Source of the DNA: an uncultured Armatimonadetes bacterium
Lineage (GTDB): Bacteria; Armatimonadota; UBA5829; DTJY01
Assembly: GCA_963717145.1 (NCBI GenBank)
Contig: OY970325.1
Location: forward strand, 3,040,001-3,104,000
Length of the DNA stretch: 64,000 nt
Direction of reading: 5' to 3'
Shown here piece by piece: positions 9,268-17,897 of the stretch (position 1 is the stretch's first letter; each line of letters starts with the position of its first letter). The position numbers and the translations under genes were made by a program. The notes beneath the pieces are model-generated. The model was not told where the DNA came from. It saw only the letters and a program-made list of their open reading frames with translations, and ran no database searches.

Positions 9268-12200
9268 CTAGTCGGTAACCCTGCGGCCCCGCTTCAGTAA
9301 CTCGTCCTCACCCATCTGAACGGCGCTCTCCGCCTGCTCCAGAGCGGCGCGAGCCTTGTCACCACAGAGCGGGAGGTACACTTGGAAGGTCGTGCCCTGC
9401 CCCACCTGACTCTTGACTCGGATTCTCCCGCCGTGATTCTCCACGATCTTCTGCACGATCGCAAGGCCGAGGCCGGTACCCTTCGTCTTGGTGGTGAAGA
9501 ACGGCACGAAAATCTGCTTCAACTGCGTCTCTGTGATCCCCAGCCCTGTGTCAGTGACCGAGATGTTCACTCCATCCGGTTCAGAGGACGTCACAACCGA
9601 CAGCTTACCACCTTCGGGCATAGCCTGCAAGGCATTCAAAATGATGTTGCGGAGCACCTGCTCGAGCTGCTTATCATCGGCGATGACTCTGGGGACATCA
9701 TACGCCAGATTCGGCTCGACCTGCACGGCATGCTTGCTGATGTCCATCTGCATGAACTGCAGCAGCCTGAACAGCACGTCATTGACATCGGTTTCCTTCA
9801 GGTTGAACCTGGTCGGCCGCGCGAAATCGAGGAACTCCGTCGTGATCTTGTTGAGGACGTTGACCTCTTCGATAATGATGTCGAGGAACTCGCACATGAG
9901 CACGTGGTCCTCGTACTCCTTGCGGATATACTGGGCGGCCCCTTTGATGGAGCTTAGCGGATTGCGCAGTTCGTGAGCGATGCTTGCCGCAAGCTGACCG
10001 ATCGCCGCAAGCTCCGAGATCCTGCGCATCTCGTTCTCCATCTTGATCTCGCGAGTGATGTCCTCGAAGATGATGACCAGGCCCAGCATCTCCCCGACGT
10101 GGTCACGGAGTTGGGCAATATTCATATTGATATAGGCGACATCACCGTCGAGCCCGTGGTATTCCAGCTTGTAGCCCAGGTACTTCTGGCCGGTATCCAT
10201 CACCCGTTGTATCGCGCCCAGGGTGCGAGCCCTATCCGCGGGCGAGATATCGAGCTTCTCGATGACCTCGGGGAACCGCAGCCCGGCTACATCGAGCGCC
10301 TGAATCGACGTGATGTCCTCAGCCGCCCTGTTCCAGGTCAGCACGCGGCCTTCACGATCCAGGGTCAACACGCCGGCCGCGATGCTCCTGAGAATGTCGT
10401 CCGTGTAGCTGGCGAGCGCCGTGAGGGCCTCCAGTTCTTTGTAGAGGGCAGCCGCCTGAGACGCGATCACCGAGAGGATCTTGACGTTCTCCTCGGTGTA
10501 CGCGTTCGGGGCGTAACTGTGGACGCTGAGCACTCCGACAACCTCGTCCTGGACGATCAGAGGGATGGCCATGAGCGACCTGACTTCCTTGCTTCGAGCG
10601 CCGGTCGCCGAACGGAATCGCGGATCCTTGCGAATATCTCGGGACACGAGCGCCTTGCGCTCACGTATCGCCCAACTGCTCAACGTGTCCACGTCAAGAG
10701 GCAGGTCGCTGCCCGGAAGTGCGCTTTGCTCGACGCCCCGGCATGCCTGCGCAACCATTTTGCCCCGCTCGTAGTCGACTGTGTAGATCGAGCTTTCATC
10801 GTACCAGACGATGCCGCGCACGATATCGAGGATCGAATCGAAGGCCTCCTTGGGGCTGCCCGCGGTCGATATACGCTCCGAAAGCTGATAGAGAGCGGAC
10901 AACTCGAGGACCTTCTGCTCCATCTGCTCTTCGTAACTGCTGGCGTTCTTGATGATAGTCGCCGCCTGAGCCGCGATGATCGAGAGCAGCCTGATCCGAC
11001 GCTTCTCCGGAAGCCTTCCGTTGCTTCCGAGCATCAGAACACCGATCACCCCGTCCTCGGCAACCAGCGGCACGAGGTTGATGCGCGAGAACGACTTGCC
11101 GAGCATGTCCGCGAGTGGGCGCAGACACTCCGGCCAGCGGCCTTTGCCCTGCGTCAAGAGACTCTGCGGCTCCCTGTGCCGGTGTATCCACGCGATCGCT
11201 TCGTCGCCGATCATGTCGGTGACCGACTTGCTCAGCTTCGTCGGCACCGAGGCTGAGGCCCATACGCGCACCGGTGATTGTGGCCGGTTGTCCGTCAGTA
11301 GAAGCATCGCCGAAACGTCGCCGGTCAACTGTGCCGCCAGCCGAACGAGTGTATTGGCGGCGTTCTCGAGGCTGTAGGCGCTGCTCAGCTCGTTGCTCAT
11401 CTCGTACAGGGTCGAAAGCTCCTGCACCCGCTCCTTGAGGCTCTGGTACAGGTGCGCGTTCGATATCGCGAGCGCGGCCTGACTGGCAAAGACGCTGAAG
11501 AGCTTGACGTCATCCTGGGTAAACATGGCCGCCGGCGAGATGCGCCGGATGCTGAGTACGCCGTTGACGTGCCCCTCCTCGTCTCGCAGAGGTACGCAGA
11601 TGGATGACACAATGTCCGGCCTCGGTGTGATCGACACGCCCGCAAACCGCGGGTCGTCCTGAAGGTTCGTCAGCAGCATCGGCTCGCCGGTCTGCGCCAC
11701 CCGGCCCGCGATGCCGTCGCCGTAGGCAACCCTGGTCTCTTCGACGACCTCTTCCGAGAGGCCGTGGCTCGCCTTGATGATCAACTCGTCCTTGTGGGGA
11801 TCCTTGAGCATGAGGGAGCAGGCCTGCGCATCCATAACCGCGGCGGCTTTCTCAGTGATGAGCTTGAGCAGATCATCGGTCTCGACGCTCTCTATGGCCT
11901 GGCTGATCTCGTAGACCGCCGAGACTTCCTCGATGCGTTTCTGAGCCGATCGGCCGGATGCGGGCGCGTTGAACGTCCGGGTCTCGCGGGACAGGTAGAG
12001 GGAGAGATGACGCGCCACCACAGAGAGGAAATCCTTGTCATCCTTTGCCAGGCGCTCGTCCGGACAGATGAGAGTGCCGAGCACGACCGAGTTCGCCTCG
12101 ATGGGCACGGCCCAGAAAGATGATCCGTTCGACGAGACGCTGGCGGCGGATACCCGGCTCTTGGCGAACTCGCGCACGAGCAGGTCGCGGTCGACGGGCA

Positions 12201-12405
12201 GCTTCCGTGAAGACGCAGACCCAGTTCCCGCCGACAGGTACTCGGAGCCGTCATATCCGGGCAGCCATAGACCGACGGACTCGACCGGAAGTACATCCTT
12301 CGCACTGGCGAGGATCTTCCGAAGCGTCTGTCGGGGCTCTCTGGCTGAACTGGTAAGTGTTATTATGTCGCAGATTGCGCTGTAACGACCCGATGGATCG
12401 AGCAT
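9268..12405 (-). CDS. Cytoplasmic multi-GAF, PAS sensor histidine kinase
   Basis: Repeated GAF signatures (SICVPL...GVLSI; SLMAIPL...VGVL), PAS (WNRAAEDIT), AHELRNPL, NALQA, DTGLGI, FFTTK-GTGLGL; start MLDPSG with GAGGAG RBS. Confidence 0.92.
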   Translation of the reverse strand: MLDPSGRYSAICDIITLTSSAREPRQTLRKILASAKDVLPVESVGLWLPGYDGSEYLSAGTGSASSRKLPVDRDLLVREFAKSRVSAASVSSNGSSFWAVPIEANSVVLGTLICPDERLAKDDKDFLSVVARHLSLYLSRETRTFNAPASGRSAQKRIEEVSAVYEISQAIESVETDDLLKLITEKAAAVMDAQACSLMLKDPHKDELIIKASHGLSEEVVEETRVAYGDGIAGRVAQTGEPMLLTNLQDDPRFAGVSITPRPDIVSSICVPLRDEEGHVNGVLSIRRISPAAMFTQDDVKLFSVFASQAALAISNAHLYQSLKERVQELSTLYEMSNELSSAYSLENAANTLVRLAAQLTGDVSAMLLLTDNRPQSPVRVWASASVPTKLSKSVTDMIGDEAIAWIHRHREPQSLLTQGKGRWPECLRPLADMLGKSFSRINLVPLVAEDGVIGVLMLGSNGRLPEKRRIRLLSIIAAQAATIIKNASSYEEQMEQKVLELSALYQLSERISTAGSPKEAFDSILDIVRGIVWYDESSIYTVDYERGKMVAQACRGVEQSALPGSDLPLDVDTLSSWAIRERKALVSRDIRKDPRFRSATGARSKEVRSLMAIPLIVQDEVVGVLSVHSYAPNAYTEENVKILSVIASQAAALYKELEALTALASYTDDILRSIAAGVLTLDREGRVLTWNRAAEDITSIQALDVAGLRFPEVIEKLDISPADRARTLGAIQRVMDTGQKYLGYKLEYHGLDGDVAYINMNIAQLRDHVGEMLGLVIIFEDITREIKMENEMRRISELAAIGQLAASIAHELRNPLSSIKGAAQYIRKEYEDHVLMCEFLDIIIEEVNVLNKITTEFLDFARPTRFNLKETDVNDVLFRLLQFMQMDISKHAVQVEPNLAYDVPRVIADDKQLEQVLRNIILNALQAMPEGGKLSVVTSSEPDGVNISVTDTGLGITETQLKQIFVPFFTTKTKGTGLGLAIVQKIVENHGGRIRVKSQVGQGTTFQVYLPLCGDKARAALEQAESAVQMGEDELLKRGRRVTD

Positions 12406-12503
12406 AAGTCTCCTCAAGTGCAGAGCTTCATGAGTGCAGTATAGCACAGCGTAAATGCCGTAGCAAGCACCGGAGGACTTGCGCCATGCCGACGCTACGG
12501 CAC

Positions 12504-12536
12504 AAAAACGGCCACCTCCCACTTGCGAAGATGGCC
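12504..12536 (-). terminator. Intrinsic terminator
   Basis: GGCCATCTTC/GGAGGTGGCC hairpin followed by GTTTTT on the minus strand. Confidence 0.7.
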
Positions 12537-12570
12537 TTTACAGGTATGTCACCACGGTCAATCGTCCCGC

Positions 12571-12669
12571 CTACCGCGCGGCGGGACTTATCTGCTGCAC
12601 AACAAGCAGGAGCAGCGCGATCTGGGTTGCGATAACTGCAATGGTCTTCAAAACGGTCACTCTAGCCAT
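12571..12669 (-). CDS. 32-aa hydrophobic peptide
   Basis: MARVTVLKTIAVIATQIALLLLVVQQISPAAR*, RBS AAGGGGGTG, terminator downstream; below the ORF-track size cutoff. Confidence 0.55.
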   Translation of the reverse strand: MARVTVLKTIAVIATQIALLLLVVQQISPAAR

Positions 12670-12699
12670 CGGACACCCCCTTAGTATGACGGACGCAGA

Positions 12700-12924
12700 T
12701 CATGCGGCAAGGCGGAGTTCGATCGGGAAGTCGATGATCTCGCATTCCACCAGGTCATCCGCACCGAGACAAGCTATCGGTGTGTCCGACCAGAAGCGGT
12801 CCCAGTACTCCTCCTCGGCCCGGCAGTTGACAGCGCCGGCCACGAACAGGAGTCCGAGTCCTGCTGCCATGAGCACCCCCAATACCTTGGCGCAAAGTAT
12901 CGCGATCGACAATTCCGTTGCCAC
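12700..12924 (-). CDS. Small membrane protein, unknown function; start uncertain (GTG 12924 or ATG 12870)
   Basis: GGAGG and GGGGGTG RBS candidates, TM segment, acidic tail ending ELRLAA. Confidence 0.5.
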   Translation of the reverse strand: MATELSIAILCAKVLGVLMAAGLGLLFVAGAVNCRAEEEYWDRFWSDTPIACLGADDLVECEIIDFPIELRLAA

Positions 12925-13014
12925 ATTGCCTCCGATCATGCACACGTGGACGGGCCATGGTCCGCCATTGACCATTATCGGGGAGAAGCGTGAGGTTCTG
13001 GAGGGCACGGGCGT

Positions 13015-13359
13015 TCAGCCGGGGGGCCAACCGAGCCGCCTGCCGCCGAGCAGATGGAAATGCAGGTGAGGGACACTCTGGCCGGCCAACTCGCCGGAGT
13101 TCACTACTACTCGAAAGCCGTTCTCCTCCACGCCGAGTTCTCGCGCGAGCTTGGGAATGATCTCCCAGATTCGGCTCACCACGCCCATACTTGCCCCATC
13201 GATGCTCATCACGCCGGGGATGTGCTCCTTCGGTATCAGCAGAATGTGGACCGGGGCCACGGGATTTGCGTCCGGAAAAGCGATGACCTCGTCATCCTCA
13301 TACACAGGCTTGACCGGAATCTCGTGTTTCGCGATTCTGCAGAAGATGCAGCCTTCCAT
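13015..13359 (-). CDS. Histidine triad (HIT) nucleotide-binding protein
   Basis: CIFCRI, GQSVPHLHFHLLGGR, WPPG. Confidence 0.95.
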   Translation of the reverse strand: MEGCIFCRIAKHEIPVKPVYEDDEVIAFPDANPVAPVHILLIPKEHIPGVMSIDGASMGVVSRIWEIIPKLARELGVEENGFRVVVNSGELAGQSVPHLHFHLLGGRRLGWPPG

Positions 13360-13391
13360 TCATTCGCCTCCTTAGTGACGCCGTGCGGGTG

Positions 13392-14678
13392 TCATCCGGG
13401 CTCTGCTTGAACGTGAACTGTGCCCGTCACCCGCCCGCGGCAGACGGCGTCGATCCTGACACTGACAATCTCGCCGATCAGGTGCTCCTCGGCCTTGAAC
13501 TCGACCCTCACGTAGTTGTCGGTGAGACCGCCGAACAGCCCTCCGTCCAGATGCTTGCCTTCAACCAGCACAGACGACACTGTACCGATTATACCACAAG
13601 CGAAATCGTCGGCCTGGCGCCCGGCCAGGCGGATGAGCGTCTTGCTGCGACGATCTTTCTCGGCGACTGATACATCGTCGGCGAGCTTCGATGCCGCGGT
13701 TCCGGGTCTCGCGGAGTATCGGAATACGTGCGCGCGCGAGAACCGGATGCCCTCGACGAATGCACGGGAGGATTCGAACTCGTCGTCCGTCTCGCCCGGA
13801 AATCCAACCATTATATCTGTGGTGATGCCGATACCCGGGATGCAGGCCCGCACGTTTTCGACAAACGCGGCGAATTCCTCCGGCGTGTAGGGCCGGTTCA
13901 TCCGCTTCAGGACGCCGGCGTCGCCACTCTGCAAGGGGAGGTGCAGGTGCCGGCAGACGCGCCGATCCTCCGCCATATACTCTATGAGGCCCTCGGGGAT
14001 GTCAGTCAGCTCGATCGAACTGAGACGCACTCGCTCGATACCCGGAGTCTCGGCCGCCATGCGCACTATGTCCGTGAGGCTCGTCCCATCGTCGTCCGCG
14101 TATCGGCCGAGACGAATCCCGGCGAGCACGATCTCCTTGAACCCGCGCGAGGCAAGGTCGGCGATCTCAGGGCCAATCTCGGCGCTGGGTCGGCTGTGAA
14201 GCACCGGGCGCGCAAACGGTACGATGCAGTAGGAGCAGAACTGGTCGCAGCCGTCCTGGATCTTGACGGTCGCTCTCGTCCTGGCCGGTCGCATGTGTTC
14301 GCCCCGACCCGGATCGAGAGTCGCTGCCAGTTCGGGCGAGAGTCGGTCCAGGACGCGCGCCAGGATATCACCCTTGTCCCGGTTGCCGAGCGCCATGGAC
14401 ACACCTTCGAGCCCCTGAGCGGCATCCGGCGAGGTCTCCGCAAAGCAGCCGGCGAGCACCACGAGCGCCTCGGGGCTCCGATGCCACGCATTTCGTGCGG
14501 CGTGACGGGACTTGGCGTCGGCGGTACTCGTGACCGTGCAGCTATTAATGATATAGACATCCGCCCGATCCGCGAAATCGACGACGTCGAAGCCGGCGCG
14601 GAGGAAAGCCTCGACCATCGTACGGGTCTCGTATTGGTTTACCTTGCAGCCGAGTGTGTGAAATGCGACTTTGGCCAA
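13392..14678 (-). CDS. mtaB: tRNA t6A37 methylthiotransferase
   Basis: TLGCKVNQYE, NSCTVT, QDGCDQFCSYC radical SAM motif, C-terminal TRAM. Confidence 0.93.
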   Translation of the reverse strand: MAKVAFHTLGCKVNQYETRTMVEAFLRAGFDVVDFADRADVYIINSCTVTSTADAKSRHAARNAWHRSPEALVVLAGCFAETSPDAAQGLEGVSMALGNRDKGDILARVLDRLSPELAATLDPGRGEHMRPARTRATVKIQDGCDQFCSYCIVPFARPVLHSRPSAEIGPEIADLASRGFKEIVLAGIRLGRYADDDGTSLTDIVRMAAETPGIERVRLSSIELTDIPEGLIEYMAEDRRVCRHLHLPLQSGDAGVLKRMNRPYTPEEFAAFVENVRACIPGIGITTDIMVGFPGETDDEFESSRAFVEGIRFSRAHVFRYSARPGTAASKLADDVSVAEKDRRSKTLIRLAGRQADDFACGIIGTVSSVLVEGKHLDGGLFGGLTDNYVRVEFKAEEHLIGEIVSVRIDAVCRGRVTGTVHVQAEPG

Positions 14679-14775
14679 ACGTATCCTCGCCCTTCTTGCG
14701 TCACGTCGGGGCTCTCATGCTACCAGACCGCCTCTCTCCTGTCAACGCAGATCGCGGTGGGGTGCATTTCCGCAG

Positions 14776-14908
14776 AGTGGGTCAGCCTCTCGTTATGCCA
14801 CCAGAGTGGCTACTCGAGGAGAACGGTTGTGGTCTGCCGTGAGTCCATGGCCCACAACCGTTCTCCTCGAGTAGCCACTCTGGTGGCATAACGAGAGGCT
14901 GACCCACT
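14776..14908. repeat. Perfect 57-bp inverted repeat, 19-nt spacer
   Basis: 14776-14832 is the exact reverse complement of 14852-14908. Confidence 0.9.
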
Positions 14909-14929
14909 GAACTCGAATGCGCCCATCGC

Positions 14930-14996
14930 GGTGTTCGGGCGGGTACAAACTCCGGATGCGGTGGCCGTTCCCGGAGTTTGTACCCGCCCGAACACC
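14930..14996. repeat. Perfect 26-bp inverted repeat
   Basis: GGTGTTCGGGCGGGTACAAACTCCGG and its reverse complement. Confidence 0.88.
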
Positions 14997-15137
14997 CAGT
15001 TGGGAGTTTCTTTCTGGCGGCAACAACTGCGAGACAGGCACAGTACCCTGCTCAGAATGGCAATCTGCGGCTCCCCGTTCACGGTTTCGAAGACGTTTCG
15101 TCACCAGAAAGAAGAATTTTCGCGGAAGTGACGCGAG

Positions 15138-15153
15138 TGGCACGGTTTTTGCA
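15138..15153 (+). promoter_or_regulatory. Sigma-54 promoter (distal)
   Basis: TGGCACGGTTTTTGCA, matches TGGCAC-N5-TTGCW. Confidence 0.75.
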
Positions 15154-15268
15154 CTATGCACCACTGACCCTGAATCGAGGGGGCCCGCAGTTCGATCTTT
15201 GCAAACTCATGCCGAGGAGACCGCGAAAGTACTGGGATCAGAAATATTTCTCAGCCGACCGGTCTGAT

Positions 15269-15284
15269 TGGCATGGTTCTTGCA
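15269..15284 (+). promoter_or_regulatory. Sigma-54 promoter (proximal) of the PEP-CTERM gene
   Basis: TGGCATGGTTCTTGCA. Confidence 0.78.
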
Positions 15285-15461
15285 AGTATGGACAGTGGGA
15301 ACGCGGACGAGGCAAGCCGCCGCTGCCGAAGGGAAACCGGAAAGCAGCAGGACCGTCCAACCCATGATTCGTTTTCAATCTGCGATGCAAGTGCCTGGTA
15401 CCCAAACGGCGGCCGGGTGAGCGCGCCAGATCGCTAAACTATCCGAAAGGAGCATCAGACA

Positions 15462-16241
15462 ATGCGAAAGGTTCTAACATTTGCACTAGCCGCTCTCATG
15501 GTAGTGGCGATCGCGGGCGCTTCGAGCGCCGCAGCCCCGAATCCTCTTAACTGGAGGTTCAACTTCATCACCGACAACGGCGCAGGCTTATTCGCGGCCA
15601 GCAACTTCCAGCTCGGCGTCTCCCCGACCTCGGTGGATGGACCCGATACGATCTTGCCTCTCCAGGACCTGAAGGCCAGTTTCGGAACCGACCTTCCCGG
15701 GACCGGTCACTGGACAGTCAGCCTTGTTCCCGGTGACACAACGAACCTGTATCTGCACGACCTGCAGTCGAACGCTTCGCCGTACACCTATACGGAACCC
15801 AGGAACACCAAGCTGTGGAATCTGCGGGTCGCAGGGAATTCAAGTGCTACGGGCGCTCTGCACTTGTCGTTCACCACCACGGGCTTGACGCAGCCGTCGG
15901 TCGATCAGGACGGAAAGCCGGTCTTCTACGAGATGCGGATGATCAACAACCGAGGTATGGCAGGCGCGCCGACCAACGGCACCATCTGGAACATCCCGAT
16001 CCCGGCCTCCGGCACGGCATCAAACGTGAAGTTCTGGGACATGGCGGTCAACGCCGATACCAACGGTACCGTATGGGGCAACATGCCGCTCATCAACGTA
16101 AGCGTTCCGAACTACGCCAGCTTCCGTGACGAGGGTTACGAGATGCAGTTCCGAATGGTCCCTGAGCCGAGCAGCATGCTCGCAATGGGCAGCGGTCTCA
16201 TCGGACTGATCGGAGTCGCGATCCGCAGACGGAGAGCGTAA
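15462..16241 (+). CDS. PEP-CTERM sorting domain surface protein
   Basis: Signal peptide; C-terminal VPEP, TM helix, RRRRA. Confidence 0.93.
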   Translation: MRKVLTFALAALMVVAIAGASSAAAPNPLNWRFNFITDNGAGLFAASNFQLGVSPTSVDGPDTILPLQDLKASFGTDLPGTGHWTVSLVPGDTTNLYLHDLQSNASPYTYTEPRNTKLWNLRVAGNSSATGALHLSFTTTGLTQPSVDQDGKPVFYEMRMINNRGMAGAPTNGTIWNIPIPASGTASNVKFWDMAVNADTNGTVWGNMPLINVSVPNYASFRDEGYEMQFRMVPEPSSMLAMGSGLIGLIGVAIRRRRA

Positions 16242-16350
16242 CCAAAGTAAGGGAAGAGCTTTCGACCCGACTTGACAGAAGGTGTGCTGTAAGGCCGCCG
16301 GGTCAGCGAAACAAGAAAAACGCTAATCTTCCTGAAGCACACCATCAAGC

Positions 16351-16389
16351 AAGAACCGCCCGGTTGACGAACCGGGCGGTTTTCTTTTT
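16351..16389 (+). terminator. Intrinsic terminator
   Basis: AACCGCCCGGTT-GACG-AACCGGGCGGTT then TTCTTTTT. Confidence 0.9.
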
Positions 16390-16393
16390 GCGG

Positions 16394-16562
16394 AATGGTT
16401 GATGGTTGATGGTTGATGGTTCATGGGGGGATGGGGAAGGGAATGGTTGATGGTTCATGGTTAATGGGGGAATGGGGAATGGTTGATGGTCGATGGTTAA
16501 TGGTAGATGGGGTATCCGGCCCCCATCAACCATGAACCATCAACCATCAACCATTCCCCATT
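16394..16562. repeat. Heptamer (ATGGTTG)n / (CAACCAT)n inverted tandem-repeat element
   Basis: Tandem 7-mers on each arm; further copies at 22983, 32119, 44271, 46635, 54904. Confidence 0.88.
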
Positions 16563-17497
16563 CCCCCCCGGAGCCAGGCGAACTCGCGGGCGAGGCCCTC
16601 TTCGACGGGGACCTGGGTGTAGTAGCCCAGGATCTCGTGAGCGGCGCTGGTGTCGGAGAGGGTGTGCCGAACGTCGCCCTTCTGGTCCTCGATGTGACGA
16701 ATCTTCAACTCACCGCCGGCGAGATCGCGCAGGACGTCGAGCACGTGAGTCACGGTGACCCGCGAGCCTCCACCTACGTTGAAGACCATGCCGGCAGCGC
16801 CATCAGTCTGGGCCGCCAGGAGATTGGCGTTGCAGATATCGGCTATGAAGGTGAAATCGCGGGTCTGCTCGCCGTCGCCGTGGACGACGATCTCTTCCCC
16901 TCGGAGCGCGGCTCGGATGAACTTGTTGAACGCCATGTCCGGGCGCTGCCTCGGTCCGTAGACCGTAAAGTACCGGAGCGAGACGCATGGCACGCCGTAG
17001 TTCACGTGGTAGAGGTAGCACAGGTGCTCGGCCGCCAGCTTCGTGACGCCATAGGGCGAGACCGGCATCGGCCTGGCGGATTCCCTCAACGGAAGCTCTG
17101 GAGTGTCGCCGTAGACGGACGATGACGATGCGTATACAAGCCGCTTGATCTGTGAACCCTTGGCGGATTCGAGGAGCTTCTGGGTCAACTGCACGTTGTT
17201 TCGCACGTAGACATCGAAGCTCGTGCCCCAACTGGCGCGGACACCCGCCTGAGCCGCCTCGTGGAACACCCAGTCCACTCCCCGCAGGAGTGCGTCGAGG
17301 TCCATCGCAAGCAGATCGTCCTCCAGAAACGTGTACCGAGGATTCGCAAGCGCCTGGGCGATGTTGGCTTCCTTGATCTCGCGGGGATAGTAGTCGGTGA
17401 AGCAGTCTACGCCGATGACGTCATGGCCCTGACTGAGCAGCAGGTCCGCGAGTGAGGATCCGATGAACCCGGCCGCGCCGGTGATGAGACATTTCAT
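16547..17497 (-). CDS. NAD-dependent nucleotide-sugar epimerase/dehydratase
   Basis: GAAGFIG, HEAAQAGVR, ASSSSVYG, YGVTK, YFTVYGPRQRPDMAF. Confidence 0.93.
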   Translation of the reverse strand: MKCLITGAAGFIGSSLADLLLSQGHDVIGVDCFTDYYPREIKEANIAQALANPRYTFLEDDLLAMDLDALLRGVDWVFHEAAQAGVRASWGTSFDVYVRNNVQLTQKLLESAKGSQIKRLVYASSSSVYGDTPELPLRESARPMPVSPYGVTKLAAEHLCYLYHVNYGVPCVSLRYFTVYGPRQRPDMAFNKFIRAALRGEEIVVHGDGEQTRDFTFIADICNANLLAAQTDGAAGMVFNVGGGSRVTVTHVLDVLRDLAGGELKIRHIEDQKGDVRHTLSDTSAAHEILGYYTQVPVEEGLAREFAWLRGGMGNG

Positions 17498-17594
17498 GGT
17501 GTCAGACCTCTGACAAAACCGGGGGCATCGGCTAGTGTTGTGCTGAACCGTGCCCCCGAAGATAAAACTGGATCCGAGATGTGGAACGGTCGGT

Positions 17595-17732
17595 CTACTT
17601 GCCGATCCGGAACATCTTGGTGCCGCAGCTCGGGCAAGTTCCCGTCGTTGCCGGCTTCTGGTTCTTCATCGTTGTCTTCGTCGGGTTCTTCATTTCCTTC
17701 TTTGACTTGCACTTAACGCAGTAGGCTTCCAT
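17595..17732 (-). CDS. 45-aa basic zinc-ribbon protein (DUF5679-like)
   Basis: MEAYCVKCKSKKEMKNPTKTTMKNQKPATTGTCPSCGTKMFRIGK*, strong RBS AAGGAGGTG; not in the ORF track. Confidence 0.85.
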   Translation of the reverse strand: MEAYCVKCKSKKEMKNPTKTTMKNQKPATTGTCPSCGTKMFRIGK

Positions 17733-17897
17733 TCAGTTCACCTCCTTCGCTTTCGGGTTTTGATAGCCGGGTGCTTCGCTCACGGCCGAACGGCGGCCGT
17801 TGCGCACCAACCAGGCGCAGAATCTGTATTCGCAGACGTATTCTACGCTGGATCCACGATTTCCTCCTCGTGGCCCCGATATTGTTGAGAAGGGATT

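Noticed and set aside
12700-12760. tmRNA tag reading frame (ELRLAA)
   Set aside because: No tRNA-like ends or T arm nearby
12909-12923. Fourth sigma-54 promoter TGGCAACGGAATTGT
   Set aside because: Lacks the -12 GC and overlaps a probable start codon
14776-14996. CRISPR array
   Set aside because: The repeats are inverted pairs, not direct repeats with spacers, and there are no cas genes
15296-15445. c-di-GMP-I or -II riboswitch
   Set aside because: The conserved cores (GGCAAAC...GACGCAAA, or the kink-turn and pseudoknot) are not found
17494-17712. 72-aa acidic ORF from the track
   Set aside because: Alternative frame of the RBS-supported zinc-ribbon gene 17595..17732
17750-17830. Regulatory RNA upstream of the zinc-ribbon gene
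   Set aside because: Only short GC hairpins, expected by chance at this GC content
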